Positions 38,498-47,599 of a stretch of 51,228 nucleotides of DNA are shown in pieces. The notes under the pieces were generated by a model that saw only the letters and a list, made by a program, of their open reading frames with translations, was not told the origin of the DNA and ran no database searches. The stretch is taken from assembly GCA_964482715.1 (NCBI GenBank), contig CAYZYX010000008.1, positions 1-51,228 on the forward strand. Reading direction: 5' to 3'. The stretch comes from an uncultured Clostridia bacterium (GTDB taxonomy: Bacteria > Aerophobota > Aerophobia > Aerophobales > B3-G15). The position numbers were made by a program, and so were the translations under genes. The stretch's first letter is position 1, and the number at the start of each line of letters is the position of its first letter.

Positions 38498-39676
38498 ATG
38501 AGAGGCAAGAGGAATAGGCTGATAAGATTGATGGTAATTTCTATAGTTACTGTGTTTGCTCTAACAATGGGATGGACAGGTTTTAGTTTTTCCTCATCTG
38601 GGGACAAGCCCTACAAAGTAGGGGCAATATTTGCTATTACCGGTGGGGCATCCTGGCTGGGGGAACCGGAAAGAAACACTGCCCTGATGATTGCAGAGCA
38701 AATCAAAATTGGAGGCGGAATTAACGGTCACCCTCTGGAACTTGTCATAGAGGATACAGCAGGCGATGAAACAAAAACCGTTAACGCGGTAAAAAAACTA
38801 ATCTATCGAGACAATGTTCTGGCCATAATTGGACCCTCACGCAGTGGAACGACAATGGCTATTATTCCCATTGTGGAAAAAGCGAAAGTTCCCCTTATCT
38901 CCTGTGCAGCAGCAGAAAGCATAGTGACTCCGATCAAAAAATGGGTTTTTAAAACTCCCCAGAAAGACAGCGACGCTGTTCGTAAAATCTATGATTATAT
39001 GAGAAAAAAGGGCATATCTAAAATAGCTATAATTACCGGAACAACAGGTTTCGGAGCCGAAGGAAGGAAATGGCTTAAAAAGCTTGCTCCAGAATTTGGA
39101 ATAACCATATTAGCAGATGAGACTTACGGTCCAAAAGATACCGATATGACTGCCCAGCTCACCAGGATAAAAGCTACTGATGCTCAGGCCTTGGTCAACT
39201 GGTCTATAGTTCCTGCTCAGGCTATTGTTCCGAAGAATATGCGTCAACTGGGAATGAAGATGCCTCTTTTCCAATCTCACGGGTTTGGTAATATTAAGTA
39301 TGTTGAGGCAGCAGGAGAAGCTGCAGAAGGGATAATATTCCCTGCAGGAAGACTCTTAGGTGTATCAACCCTGCCAGATGATCATCCACAAAAGGATGTT
39401 TTAGCCCGTTATAAATGGGAATATGAAACCAGGTTTGGAGAAGAGGCAAGCACCTTTGGAGGTCATGCCTGGGATGCTCTCTGGCTGGTTATAAACGCTT
39501 TACGTGAAGTTGGACCTGATAAGGAGGCAATAAGAGATTATATCGAAAATGTTAAAGGTTTCGTGGGAACAGGTGGAATATTCAACTTCTCTCCACAGGA
39601 CCATAACGGACTGACCATGGAAGCTTTTGAGCTACTTACTGTTAAAAACGGAAAGTTTGTTGTCTTAAAAGAGTAA
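38498..39676 (+). CDS. LivK/LivJ-family ABC substrate-binding protein
   Basis: GAGGAGG RBS, signal peptide, GGINGHPLELVIED, IIGPSRSG, HAWDAL. Confidence 0.9.
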   Translation: MRGKRNRLIRLMVISIVTVFALTMGWTGFSFSSSGDKPYKVGAIFAITGGASWLGEPERNTALMIAEQIKIGGGINGHPLELVIEDTAGDETKTVNAVKKLIYRDNVLAIIGPSRSGTTMAIIPIVEKAKVPLISCAAAESIVTPIKKWVFKTPQKDSDAVRKIYDYMRKKGISKIAIITGTTGFGAEGRKWLKKLAPEFGITILADETYGPKDTDMTAQLTRIKATDAQALVNWSIVPAQAIVPKNMRQLGMKMPLFQSHGFGNIKYVEAAGEAAEGIIFPAGRLLGVSTLPDDHPQKDVLARYKWEYETRFGEEASTFGGHAWDALWLVINALREVGPDKEAIRDYIENVKGFVGTGGIFNFSPQDHNGLTMEAFELLTVKNGKFVVLKE

Positions 39677-39694
39677 CCACTTAATTTTGTTAGA

Positions 39695-40576
39695 ATGACC
39701 TTTTCCAGCCAGCTTCTTCAGTACATATTTACCGGTATTGCCATTGGTAGCATTTATGGAATGGTCGCCCTGGGCTTTAATATAATTTACAATGCTACAG
39801 GTATAATAAACCTTGCCCAGGGCGAGTTTGTGATGCTTGGTGGAATGGTAATGATCTCTCTCACCCAAACATTTAAGTTGCCAATGGCTTTAAGTTTTTT
39901 TATCACTGTAGGAATTGTTACTTTACTGGGAGCTCTTTTTGAAAGAGGGGCTATTCACCCTTTAAAAAATCCCTCTGTTATAACTCTCATTATTATAACC
40001 ATTGCCGGATCGATCCTTTTCAAAGGAGGAGCAATGTTTATCTGGGGTAAACAAACCTACACTTTACCTCCTTTCTCCAGTGATATTCCCATTGCTGTTA
40101 TGGGAGCCTCTCTATCCCCTCAGACTCTATGGATACTGGGAATTATGGGAGCAGTAATGATAATCCTGGTTTTTTTCTTTGGATTTACTATGACTGGAAG
40201 AGCTATGAAGGCCTGCGCGGTTAACAGATTAGCAGCCAGCCTGATGGGAATAAATGTAAAGCTGATGGTTCTTTTATCTTTTGCTCTTAGTGCTGCCATT
40301 GGAGCAGTTGCCGGTATTATCATTACACCTGTAGCTTTGATGGATTATGATAGGGGAACCATGCTTGCTATTAAAGGTTTTGCAGCCGCCGTTCTTGGTG
40401 GATTGGGTAGTAACATAGGGGCTGTAATTGCAGGGTTTATTATCGGACTTATGGAGTCACTGGGGGCAGGTTTTATATCCTCTGGATATAAAGACGCTAT
40501 CGCCCTTTTTGTTTTACTTGTGGTCCTGTTTTTGAAACCAAGTGGAATTATGGGAAGCAAGGAAGAGCAACTTTAA
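39695..40576 (+). CDS. livH: branched-chain amino acid-type ABC permease
   Basis: GSIYGMVALG, INLAQGE, GRAMKA, KGFAAAVLGGLG. Confidence 0.88.
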   Translation: MTFSSQLLQYIFTGIAIGSIYGMVALGFNIIYNATGIINLAQGEFVMLGGMVMISLTQTFKLPMALSFFITVGIVTLLGALFERGAIHPLKNPSVITLIIITIAGSILFKGGAMFIWGKQTYTLPPFSSDIPIAVMGASLSPQTLWILGIMGAVMIILVFFFGFTMTGRAMKACAVNRLAASLMGINVKLMVLLSFALSAAIGAVAGIIITPVALMDYDRGTMLAIKGFAAAVLGGLGSNIGAVIAGFIIGLMESLGAGFISSGYKDAIALFVLLVVLFLKPSGIMGSKEEQL

Positions 40577-40595
40577 GAACTAACAGAGGGAAACC

Positions 40596-41585
40596 TTGGG
40601 CAAAAAAAACTTTTTCTCCCTGATTGGTTTGACATCAATTGTTTTAATCCTGCCACCTTTAATTGGTAACCCCTATTATATAGGAATTCTTGTTTTCGTT
40701 GGTATATACAGTTTGATCACTATAGGTCTTAGCCTGTTGATGGGTTATACCGGTCAGATTTCTCTGGGCCATGCTGCTTTTTTTGGAGTTGGAGCTTACA
40801 CTTCAGGTATCCTATCCACCAGATTTGGTTTAGACCCCTGGCTGGCACTTTTAGCAAGCCTTCTACTTGCTGCTGGAATAGCCTTTATTATTGGAGCACC
40901 TGCCTTAAGGCTTAAAGGACATTACCTGGCCATGGCTACTCTGGCCTTTGGAGAAATTATTTACATAGTTTTTAATCAATGGATTGAGTATACGGGAGGA
41001 CCTTCAGGATTTGGTGAAATTCCCAGATTTTGCATAGGAGGTTTTTCTCTCGAATCTGACTTTAATTACTATTATTTTGTCTGGGTAATTGTTATCCTGA
41101 TTTTGGTAATGGCATTGAATCTGATACACTCCAGGATAGGCAGAGCCCTACGTTCTATTCATGGAAGCGAAATAGCTGCCCGAGCCATGGGGGTGAATGT
41201 TTCCCGATATAAACTTCAGGTTTTTATTTTAAGTGCAGTTTTTGCCAGTCTTGCTGGATCTCTCTATGCTCACTTTGTCACTTTCATCTCCCCAACCAGT
41301 TTTAGTGTAATGTTCTCGGTGGCTCTGGTGACCATGGTAGCTGTTGGAGGAATGACCAATGTCTGGGGAGCCATGGTAGGAGCTGCATTGCTTACCGTTC
41401 TTCCTGAGTATTTGAGAGTTTTTGAAGACTATGATATACTTATATACGGTGCTACACTCCTTCTGATTATGATTTTTTTGCCTGAGGGAGTTGTTGGGGG
41501 AATCTTTCAACTGTTCAAAGAGAGAATGACCAGAAGGTCAGTAAAATTTACTCTGAATGTGAAATCGTTATGGAGAAGATATTAG
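40596..41585 (+). CDS. livM: branched-chain amino acid-type ABC permease
   Basis: GYTGQISLGHAAFFGVGAY, LRLKGHYLAMATLAF, TGGPSG, PEGVVG. Confidence 0.88.
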   Translation: MGKKNFFSLIGLTSIVLILPPLIGNPYYIGILVFVGIYSLITIGLSLLMGYTGQISLGHAAFFGVGAYTSGILSTRFGLDPWLALLASLLLAAGIAFIIGAPALRLKGHYLAMATLAFGEIIYIVFNQWIEYTGGPSGFGEIPRFCIGGFSLESDFNYYYFVWVIVILILVMALNLIHSRIGRALRSIHGSEIAARAMGVNVSRYKLQVFILSAVFASLAGSLYAHFVTFISPTSFSVMFSVALVTMVAVGGMTNVWGAMVGAALLTVLPEYLRVFEDYDILIYGATLLLIMIFLPEGVVGGIFQLFKERMTRRSVKFTLNVKSLWRRY

Positions 41586-42355
41586 AAGCAGATAATTTAA
41601 AAAAGGAGTTTGGTGGAATTCTGGCTCTTCGGGGAGTCTCTTTTTCAATGAAACCCAATACCATAAAGGCCATTATAGGCCCTAATGGGGCGGGCAAAAC
41701 AACGATTTTTAACATAATCTCGGGAATTTATTCTCCTTCGGGTGGGAAAATCTGGTTTAAAAAGGAGCGAATAGATAGATTAAACTCTCACCTCATTGCT
41801 ACAAGAGGAATTTCACGTACCTTCCAGAATGTCCAGATATTTGGAAACATGACCGCCCTGGAGAATGTCATGGTTGGATGTCATCCCTGGACAGGTTCAG
41901 AGTTTCTGGCCTGCATCTTCAAGACTCGAAGAGCAAGACTGGAGGAAAAGAAAGTCCATCTGAGAGCACGAGAACTTTTGGAATTTGTTGGATTAGCCGG
42001 GAAAGAAAATGTGTTGGCTTCGCAGCTTACTTTCCACCAACAACGCCTGGTGGAAATAGCAAGGGCTCTGGCAACCCAACCTGAGCTTCTGCTTCTTGAT
42101 GAACCTGCAGCAGGTCTAAATCTAAAAGAGACTCAGGAGATGGCAAATTTAATATCTAAAATAAGACAAAAGGGAATATCTGTCCTTCTGGTGGAACATG
42201 ATATGGATCTGGTGATGGGAATTTCAGAAGAAATAGTTGTTCTTAACTCTGGTGAGGTAATTGCTGAAGGAACTCCCAGAGAAATACAATCCAATGAAAA
42301 GGTCATTGCCGCTTACCTGGGAGAGGAATTAAATGTTGAGAATAAGAAATCTTAA
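41570..42355 (+). CDS. livG: branched-chain amino acid-type ABC ATPase
   Basis: GPNGAGKTT, RTFQN, LDEPAAGLN, VEHDM, VIAAYLG. Confidence 0.9.
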   Translation: MEKILEADNLKKEFGGILALRGVSFSMKPNTIKAIIGPNGAGKTTIFNIISGIYSPSGGKIWFKKERIDRLNSHLIATRGISRTFQNVQIFGNMTALENVMVGCHPWTGSEFLACIFKTRRARLEEKKVHLRARELLEFVGLAGKENVLASQLTFHQQRLVEIARALATQPELLLLDEPAAGLNLKETQEMANLISKIRQKGISVLLVEHDMDLVMGISEEIVVLNSGEVIAEGTPREIQSNEKVIAAYLGEELNVENKKS

Positions 42356-43067
42356 AAGTTACTATGGACATCTTCAAGCCTTGAAGGGGGTATCTCTCCA
42401 TATAGAAGAAGGGGAAATAGTTACCTTAATCGGTGCTAATGGAGCTGGAAAGACAACCCTTCTTAACTCTATCGCTGGTATAATTTCTTCCAAAGAAGGT
42501 CAGATTTTATTAAATGGAAAGGACATAACTCACTTACCTCCTCCCCAGATCGTGAAACAAGGGATAAGTTTAGTGCCTGAAGGAAGACAACTTTTCACTC
42601 CTCTATCGGTAATGGATAATTTGCTTTTAGGAGCCTATCAACGTTTTAACAGAAAAACAAAGGATCAAATTCATGATGATCTGGAGAGAGTTTTTCAAAT
42701 TTTTCCCATACTGAAAGAGAGAAAAAAACAAATAGCAGGAACTCTATCAGGTGGGGAACAGCAGATGCTGGCCATTGCCCGTGCTCTTATGTCTAAACCA
42801 AAGATCCTTTTACTGGATGAACCTTCAATGGGACTTGCTCCCAAGATTGTCACGGAAATATTTCACATAATTGCCGAACTGAGAGAAAGGGGAACGACCA
42901 TTTTTCTGGTAGAACAAAATGCACGGGCAGCTTTAAGAATTGCCGATAGAGGATATGTTCTTGAAACTGGAAGAATGGTAATGGAGGGATACAGTGAGGA
43001 ACTTTTGGGAAACAAAGAAATTGAGCGAGCTTACCTTGGAAGGGGCTTACTCAAAGTATGGGAGTAA
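42333..43067 (+). CDS. livF: branched-chain amino acid-type ABC ATPase
   Basis: GANGAGKTT, VPEGR, LSGGEQQMLAIARA, DEPSMGLAP, VEQNA. Confidence 0.9.
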   Translation: MLRIRNLKSYYGHLQALKGVSLHIEEGEIVTLIGANGAGKTTLLNSIAGIISSKEGQILLNGKDITHLPPPQIVKQGISLVPEGRQLFTPLSVMDNLLLGAYQRFNRKTKDQIHDDLERVFQIFPILKERKKQIAGTLSGGEQQMLAIARALMSKPKILLLDEPSMGLAPKIVTEIFHIIAELRERGTTIFLVEQNARAALRIADRGYVLETGRMVMEGYSEELLGNKEIERAYLGRGLLKVWE

Positions 43068-44371
43068 TTAAAATGTCAATCTGGAATCCAAAAATAGAAA
43101 ACATTACCAGGGAAAAGATAGAGCAACTTCAACTTGAAAGACTTCAGGCTACCATAACCCGGGTTTACCGGAGTGTGCCTTTTTACAGGGAAAGTTTTGA
43201 TAGAATGGGCATCACTCCTGAAGATATTGATTCTCTATCCAAACTTTCCAGACTTCCTTTCACCAACCGTGAAACTTTAATCAAGAATTACCCTTATGGG
43301 ATGTTCGCAGTTCCTTTACGCGAGGTAGTTAGACTGCAATGCACATCAGGACCAGGTGGTGAACCCCTGGTTATTGGTTATACAAAAAATGATATTAATC
43401 ACTGGACAGAAATAAGTGCTCGTGTCCTTAAAGCTGCTGGAGTTGATAAGGAAGATGTTGTCCAGATAAGTCTTGATTATGGACTTTTTGGTGAAGGATT
43501 GGGGTTTCACTACGGGGCTGAGCTGATTGGTTCTTCGGTAATTCCAGGTTCAGATACCGATCCCCTGAGACAACTTTTAATAATGCGTGATTACAGAACA
43601 ACAGTACTGCTTTCTACCCCAAGTTTTGCCCAGAAACTGATCGCTGCTGTTAAAGAAAAGATGATTCCGCTGGCAAGCCTGCAGTTAAAAGTCGGGATCC
43701 TTTCCGGGGAACCTCTTTCTGAGGGTTTAAGATCATCTATTGAGGAAGGATTGAAACTTAAGATTCTCACAAGCTACAGTCCTGCAGAACTTCCCGGACC
43801 AAAAGTGGCTGCTGAATGTAAGGAGGCAAGGAGGCTTCACATATTTGAGGATCAATTCATCCCCGAGATAATTGATCCCCACACGGGAGAGCCTCTGCCC
43901 CCGGGGAGGGAAGGTGAACTGGTATTAACTACCATAGCCCGAGAGGCTTTCCCTCTTATAAGGTATCGCACGGGTGATTTAACTACCATTAGCGTGGATC
44001 CCTGCCCCTGCGGCAGAAGTCTTGTTAGCATGCAAGAAGTAAAGGGAAGAACTGATAACATGATAATTGTTGACGGGGTTAGTTTTTTCCCGGCTCAGAT
44101 ACGTCAAATTCTGGCTCAAATAGAGGGCATAGAACCTCATTTTCGGCTGATAATTGACAGAGAAGGAACAAGAGATGTGGTTAACATTATGGTTGAGGTT
44201 TCTGAAAACATCTTTTTTGACGAGATGAAAAAATTGCAACTATTAAAAGCTAAGATAGAAGAAAAAATCCATCAGGAACTTGGAATAAAAGTAAGAGTTA
44301 GACTGGCAGAGAAGGAGTCCCTTTCTCAATTAGATTCTGAAAAAATAGTGATTGATCACCGACCAAAATGA
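43058..44371 (+). CDS. phenylacetate-CoA ligase family protein (divergent catalytic motifs)
   Basis: LQLERLQ, LPFT, YPYGMFAVP, EGELVLTT, PLIRYRTGD, CPCGRS. P-loop reads TSGPGGEP. Confidence 0.85.
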   Translation: MGVIKMSIWNPKIENITREKIEQLQLERLQATITRVYRSVPFYRESFDRMGITPEDIDSLSKLSRLPFTNRETLIKNYPYGMFAVPLREVVRLQCTSGPGGEPLVIGYTKNDINHWTEISARVLKAAGVDKEDVVQISLDYGLFGEGLGFHYGAELIGSSVIPGSDTDPLRQLLIMRDYRTTVLLSTPSFAQKLIAAVKEKMIPLASLQLKVGILSGEPLSEGLRSSIEEGLKLKILTSYSPAELPGPKVAAECKEARRLHIFEDQFIPEIIDPHTGEPLPPGREGELVLTTIAREAFPLIRYRTGDLTTISVDPCPCGRSLVSMQEVKGRTDNMIIVDGVSFFPAQIRQILAQIEGIEPHFRLIIDREGTRDVVNIMVEVSENIFFDEMKKLQLLKAKIEEKIHQELGIKVRVRLAEKESLSQLDSEKIVIDHRPK

Positions 44372-45012
44372 GTAAGCCCACCGTTTCCTTTGATCTTGAC
44401 GGAACATTGGTAAGACCAGAGTACAATGAGTTCATCTGGTTCAGAGAAATTCCCTCCCTTTATGCTGAAAAATTTGGAATAAGTTTTGATGAAGCCAGGC
44501 AAAAGATACGAAAGGAATACGAAAAAGTTGGGGAAAACGACATTAGATGGTATAGTCTTGATTACTGGTTAAAATATTTCGGTTTTAAAGTTACAGAAAA
44601 GGAAATTCTGGAAAAGTATGCTGATAAAGTGGAACTTTATCCAGAGGTTATCCCCGCACTGGAGTTACTCAGGAAAACCCACACTCTTGTCGTAGCCTCT
44701 GCTATGAGTCACTCCTTTATCAAAGTAAAGTTAAAAAAATACCACCTTTCCAGCTATTTCAAGGGGATCTTTTCTTCTCTTTCAGATTTTGGTATGATCA
44801 AAAAGAGAAAACAATTCTATCAGAAAATGTGTCAGGAGATGCAAATTTCACCCCCTGACTTAATCCACATTGGAGACAACTATGAAGCAGATTATCTTGC
44901 TCCTAGAGAAATCGGAATAAAAGCCTTTTTTCTTGACAGGGTGAATTACAGGGACTCAACCGATTTTTACACAGTTCATAATCTTGAAGAATTCGCCCGA
45001 AAAATAATCTAA
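44368..45012 (+). CDS. HAD-family hydrolase
   Basis: FDLDGTL motif I; HIGDNYEADY motif IV. Confidence 0.9.
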   Translation: MSKPTVSFDLDGTLVRPEYNEFIWFREIPSLYAEKFGISFDEARQKIRKEYEKVGENDIRWYSLDYWLKYFGFKVTEKEILEKYADKVELYPEVIPALELLRKTHTLVVASAMSHSFIKVKLKKYHLSSYFKGIFSSLSDFGMIKKRKQFYQKMCQEMQISPPDLIHIGDNYEADYLAPREIGIKAFFLDRVNYRDSTDFYTVHNLEEFARKII

Positions 45013-45971
45013 GCCCACCACATCTGTCCTGGCTTTTCCTTTAGCATTACTTCCTTGAGGAAAGTCACCGCCTTTTCCAGCCCTTCACGAGCTGACATAA
45101 GGGAGTCCTCGTGTTCGATGCTCAGCACATAGTCGTATCCAACCAGGCGGAGCATGGAAAGAAAATCCTTCCAGAAATCATAACTATGGCCGTATCCCAC
45201 CGTCCTGAAGAGCCAGGATCTTTTTTGTTCCTCACAATAAGGTTTAGTATCAAGAACCCCGTTAATACGGGAATTAAGGTAATTTATCTTTGTATCCTTA
45301 GCATGAACATGAAAAATTGCACCGCCCAATTCACTTACCGCAGCAACAGGGTCTATTCCCTGCCAGAACAGATGACTGGGGTCAAAATTTGCTCCAATAT
45401 TATCACCTGCTGCTTCTCTTAGCTGGAGCAAGGTCTCAGGGTTATAAACACAAAATCCTGGATGCATTTCCAGACAAATTTTTACCTTGTGTTCCCCTGC
45501 AAAGTCAGCCTGTTCTCTCCAGTAAGGAATGAGTTTTTTCTCCCACTGCCATTTGAGATTCTCTGAAAAATCAGAAGGCCAGGGACAGGTTATCCAGTTG
45601 GGAGAACGGTCGGAATCAGAAGCTCCCGGACATCCTGAAAAGGTTATTACCCGGTCAACTCCTAATCTCTCGGCCAGAAGAACTGTCTTCTGGAAAGCTT
45701 CATGGTGAGCTTTGCTTATTTCAGGGTCAGGATGAAGAGGATTTCCGTGACAACTGAGGGCACTCAATATAAGGTTTCTATCACTTATTGCTTTTTTAAA
45801 CTTCTCTAAAGCTTTTTCATCTTTTAAAAGCACATCAGGATCACAATGGGCATTACCTGGATAACCTCCACTTCCTATTTCTACCGCTTCGATCCCCATA
45901 CCAACCACCAGATCCAGAGCTTCCTCTAAACTCTTATCTTGAAAAAGAACCAGAAAAACTCCTAATTTCAT
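45009..45971 (-). CDS. sugar phosphate isomerase/epimerase (xylose-isomerase-like TIM barrel)
   Basis: LSCHGNPLHP, LEMHPG, NFDPSHLFWQG, HVHAKD, SIEHED. Confidence 0.9.
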   Translation of the reverse strand: MKLGVFLVLFQDKSLEEALDLVVGMGIEAVEIGSGGYPGNAHCDPDVLLKDEKALEKFKKAISDRNLILSALSCHGNPLHPDPEISKAHHEAFQKTVLLAERLGVDRVITFSGCPGASDSDRSPNWITCPWPSDFSENLKWQWEKKLIPYWREQADFAGEHKVKICLEMHPGFCVYNPETLLQLREAAGDNIGANFDPSHLFWQGIDPVAAVSELGGAIFHVHAKDTKINYLNSRINGVLDTKPYCEEQKRSWLFRTVGYGHSYDFWKDFLSMLRLVGYDYVLSIEHEDSLMSAREGLEKAVTFLKEVMLKEKPGQMWWA

Positions 45972-46447
45972 CCTTCTCCTCCTTCAAAAATTTTTTCCGG
46001 TATTTTGAATTCCCAATCTGATTCACTATTTGTGTCCATTCCCCTGATCTTTCTTCTCCAGTAACCATCATCGTTACGTTCATCACTTAGCAATGGAGTT
46101 CGATCAACTTCTTTTCCCTGAGCATCTCTTAAAATAACCATTTCATCTATGTTATCCAGCCATTGTCTATCATGAGTGTAAACCCAGTATTCTCCAGCAC
46201 AAATTATCACTCCCTCCGGTATTTTATAAATTACCTTATATCCGTGAGTAGTTTCCAGAGTCCAGCCACTCAAATCCATATCAATCTCTGCCGCATTATA
46301 AAGCTCAACCCATTCCTTCCCGGAGTCCTTTCCTCCAGGATTTAGATCAAGAGCGTTTATCATCACCTGTGCGGTCCTGCCATATCCTGTCCAGAAAAAT
46401 ACAAAAAAAAGAGCAGTGAAAGCTATGCTATTTAATTTGGAAAACAT
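45968..46447 (-). CDS. secreted lamin-tail-domain protein
   Basis: Signal peptide, then VMIN..NP.G.D..EWVELYN..DLSGWTL..VILRDAQGKEVD. Confidence 0.82.
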   Translation of the reverse strand: MFSKLNSIAFTALFFVFFWTGYGRTAQVMINALDLNPGGKDSGKEWVELYNAAEIDMDLSGWTLETTHGYKVIYKIPEGVIICAGEYWVYTHDRQWLDNIDEMVILRDAQGKEVDRTPLLSDERNDDGYWRRKIRGMDTNSESDWEFKIPEKIFEGGEG

Positions 46448-46518
46448 TTTTACCCTCAGCCTCCTCCTGTGTTGATAATTATTGTCTGGCTTTGATTATC
46501 GGGTCTTGTAGCAAAGCT

Positions 46519-46546
46519 ATAGTAAAATATTATTTTAAAAAGTCAA
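46519..46546 (-). promoter_or_regulatory. putative promoter of lamin-tail/isomerase operon
   Basis: TTGACT-16-TACTAT on minus strand. Confidence 0.55.
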
Positions 46547-46556
46547 ATTACCGCCT

Positions 46557-46735
46557 TCCAGATTCGGGAAAAAGCGAGCTCTTGTTTGAGACCGAAGGTC
46601 GAGTTAAGCGAGCCTCCCGGAGCGAGCTGTTAAGTTTTCTCGATGACGAGCATGTGAAGGGAAGGGAATAACCTTTCCTCTAAAGCAAGGTATATGCACC
46701 CGGCTGTCTAACAGGAATTTTTTTTCGAAACTGGA
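46557..46735. repeat. 179-bp MITE/REP-like element with imperfect terminal inverted repeats
   Basis: TCCAGATTCGGGAAAAA vs reverse complement of 46719-46735 TCCAGTTTCGAAAAAAA (14/17). GC-richer interior with three AGCGAGC copies and a GACC-GAA-GGTC hairpin. Confidence 0.55.
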
Positions 46736-46770
46736 GACCCGCCATTAGACTTAGAGAGGGGAAATTAAAT

Positions 46771-46799
46771 TTGACCGATGAAAATACACCTGATAAAAT
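46771..46799 (+). promoter_or_regulatory. putative promoter of cupin gene
   Basis: TTGACC-17-TAAAAT with TGn extension. Confidence 0.5.
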
Positions 46800-46891
46800 A
46801 AATTTCACTCAAGAGATCTTCAGCAGGAAAAACTCATTAAAAAGTAAAAAGATAATTCGGTAATTAATAAATTAAATAGAAGGGAGAGAAA

Positions 46892-47200
46892 ATGGTAATT
46901 AAACGAAAGGATTATGAAGTGAAAAGGTTTAGAGGGTTCAGTTATCTCAAGGGAGCCGCAGGTGAAAAAATGATGGTTACCTTAATGCAGTTCAAAAAAG
47001 GAGACAGAGTGGAAGCCCATGAACATCCCAACGAACAGGCTGGCTTTTGTCTTTCGGGAAAATTTGAACTAACCATTGGAAAAGAAAAATACATCGTTGA
47101 ACCGGGAGATAGTTATCTGATTCTGGCAAATAACAAACATTCTTATATTTTTCTAAAAGACTCAGAGATGGTTGAAGTTTTTTCACCTCCTCGAAAGTAA
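46892..47200 (+). CDS. cupin domain protein
   Basis: HEHPNEQAGFCLSG, PGDSYLI..NKHS, VEVFSPPR. Confidence 0.9.
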   Translation: MVIKRKDYEVKRFRGFSYLKGAAGEKMMVTLMQFKKGDRVEAHEHPNEQAGFCLSGKFELTIGKEKYIVEPGDSYLILANNKHSYIFLKDSEMVEVFSPPRK

Positions 47201-47238
47201 AGTTTTTAAAATTTAATTGACATTGAACGCGGAAACTA

Positions 47239-47266
47239 TTGACAATAACAATTTTTGATATATAAT
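47239..47266 (+). promoter_or_regulatory. sigma70-type promoter ahead of a ~330-nt leader
   Basis: TTGACA-ATAACAATTTTTGATA(16)-TATAAT. Confidence 0.8.
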
Positions 47267-47299
47267 AATAAGGCAGTAAAATCCTGCCACTTTTTTCAA

Positions 47300-47390
47300 C
47301 CAGTAAAGCTAACCATCCGAAAGGATGAGACGTAAAATAAGCATTTCGTGAAAAGGTTCTAACTTATGGTGTTCTTTGATTTGCTTCCCC
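47300..47390 (+). ncRNA. c-di-GMP-I (GEMM)-like riboswitch, variant or degenerate
   Basis: GCTAACCATCC-GAAA-GGATGAGACGTAAA closely resembles the GEMM GAAA-tetraloop arm (GCAAACC..GAAA..GGGACGCAAA). CTAA and TATGG receptor halves at 47359-47369. Confidence 0.5.
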
Positions 47391-47599
47391 TTATACTCGA
47401 TTTCCCTTGATTTTGTACTTCATATCTGTAGTTATTTTTGTATACGATAGGCACATAAACTCTCGCTCATCCTCACAGATTAAGATAATCCGGTAAATTC
47501 AACATTTTTGTGATATTTTTAAATCTAAGATTTCTGGATATAAGGTTTCTACTTTTATCTCGATTATTTAAAGGTAAATAAACTAAAAGGAGGAGCTCG

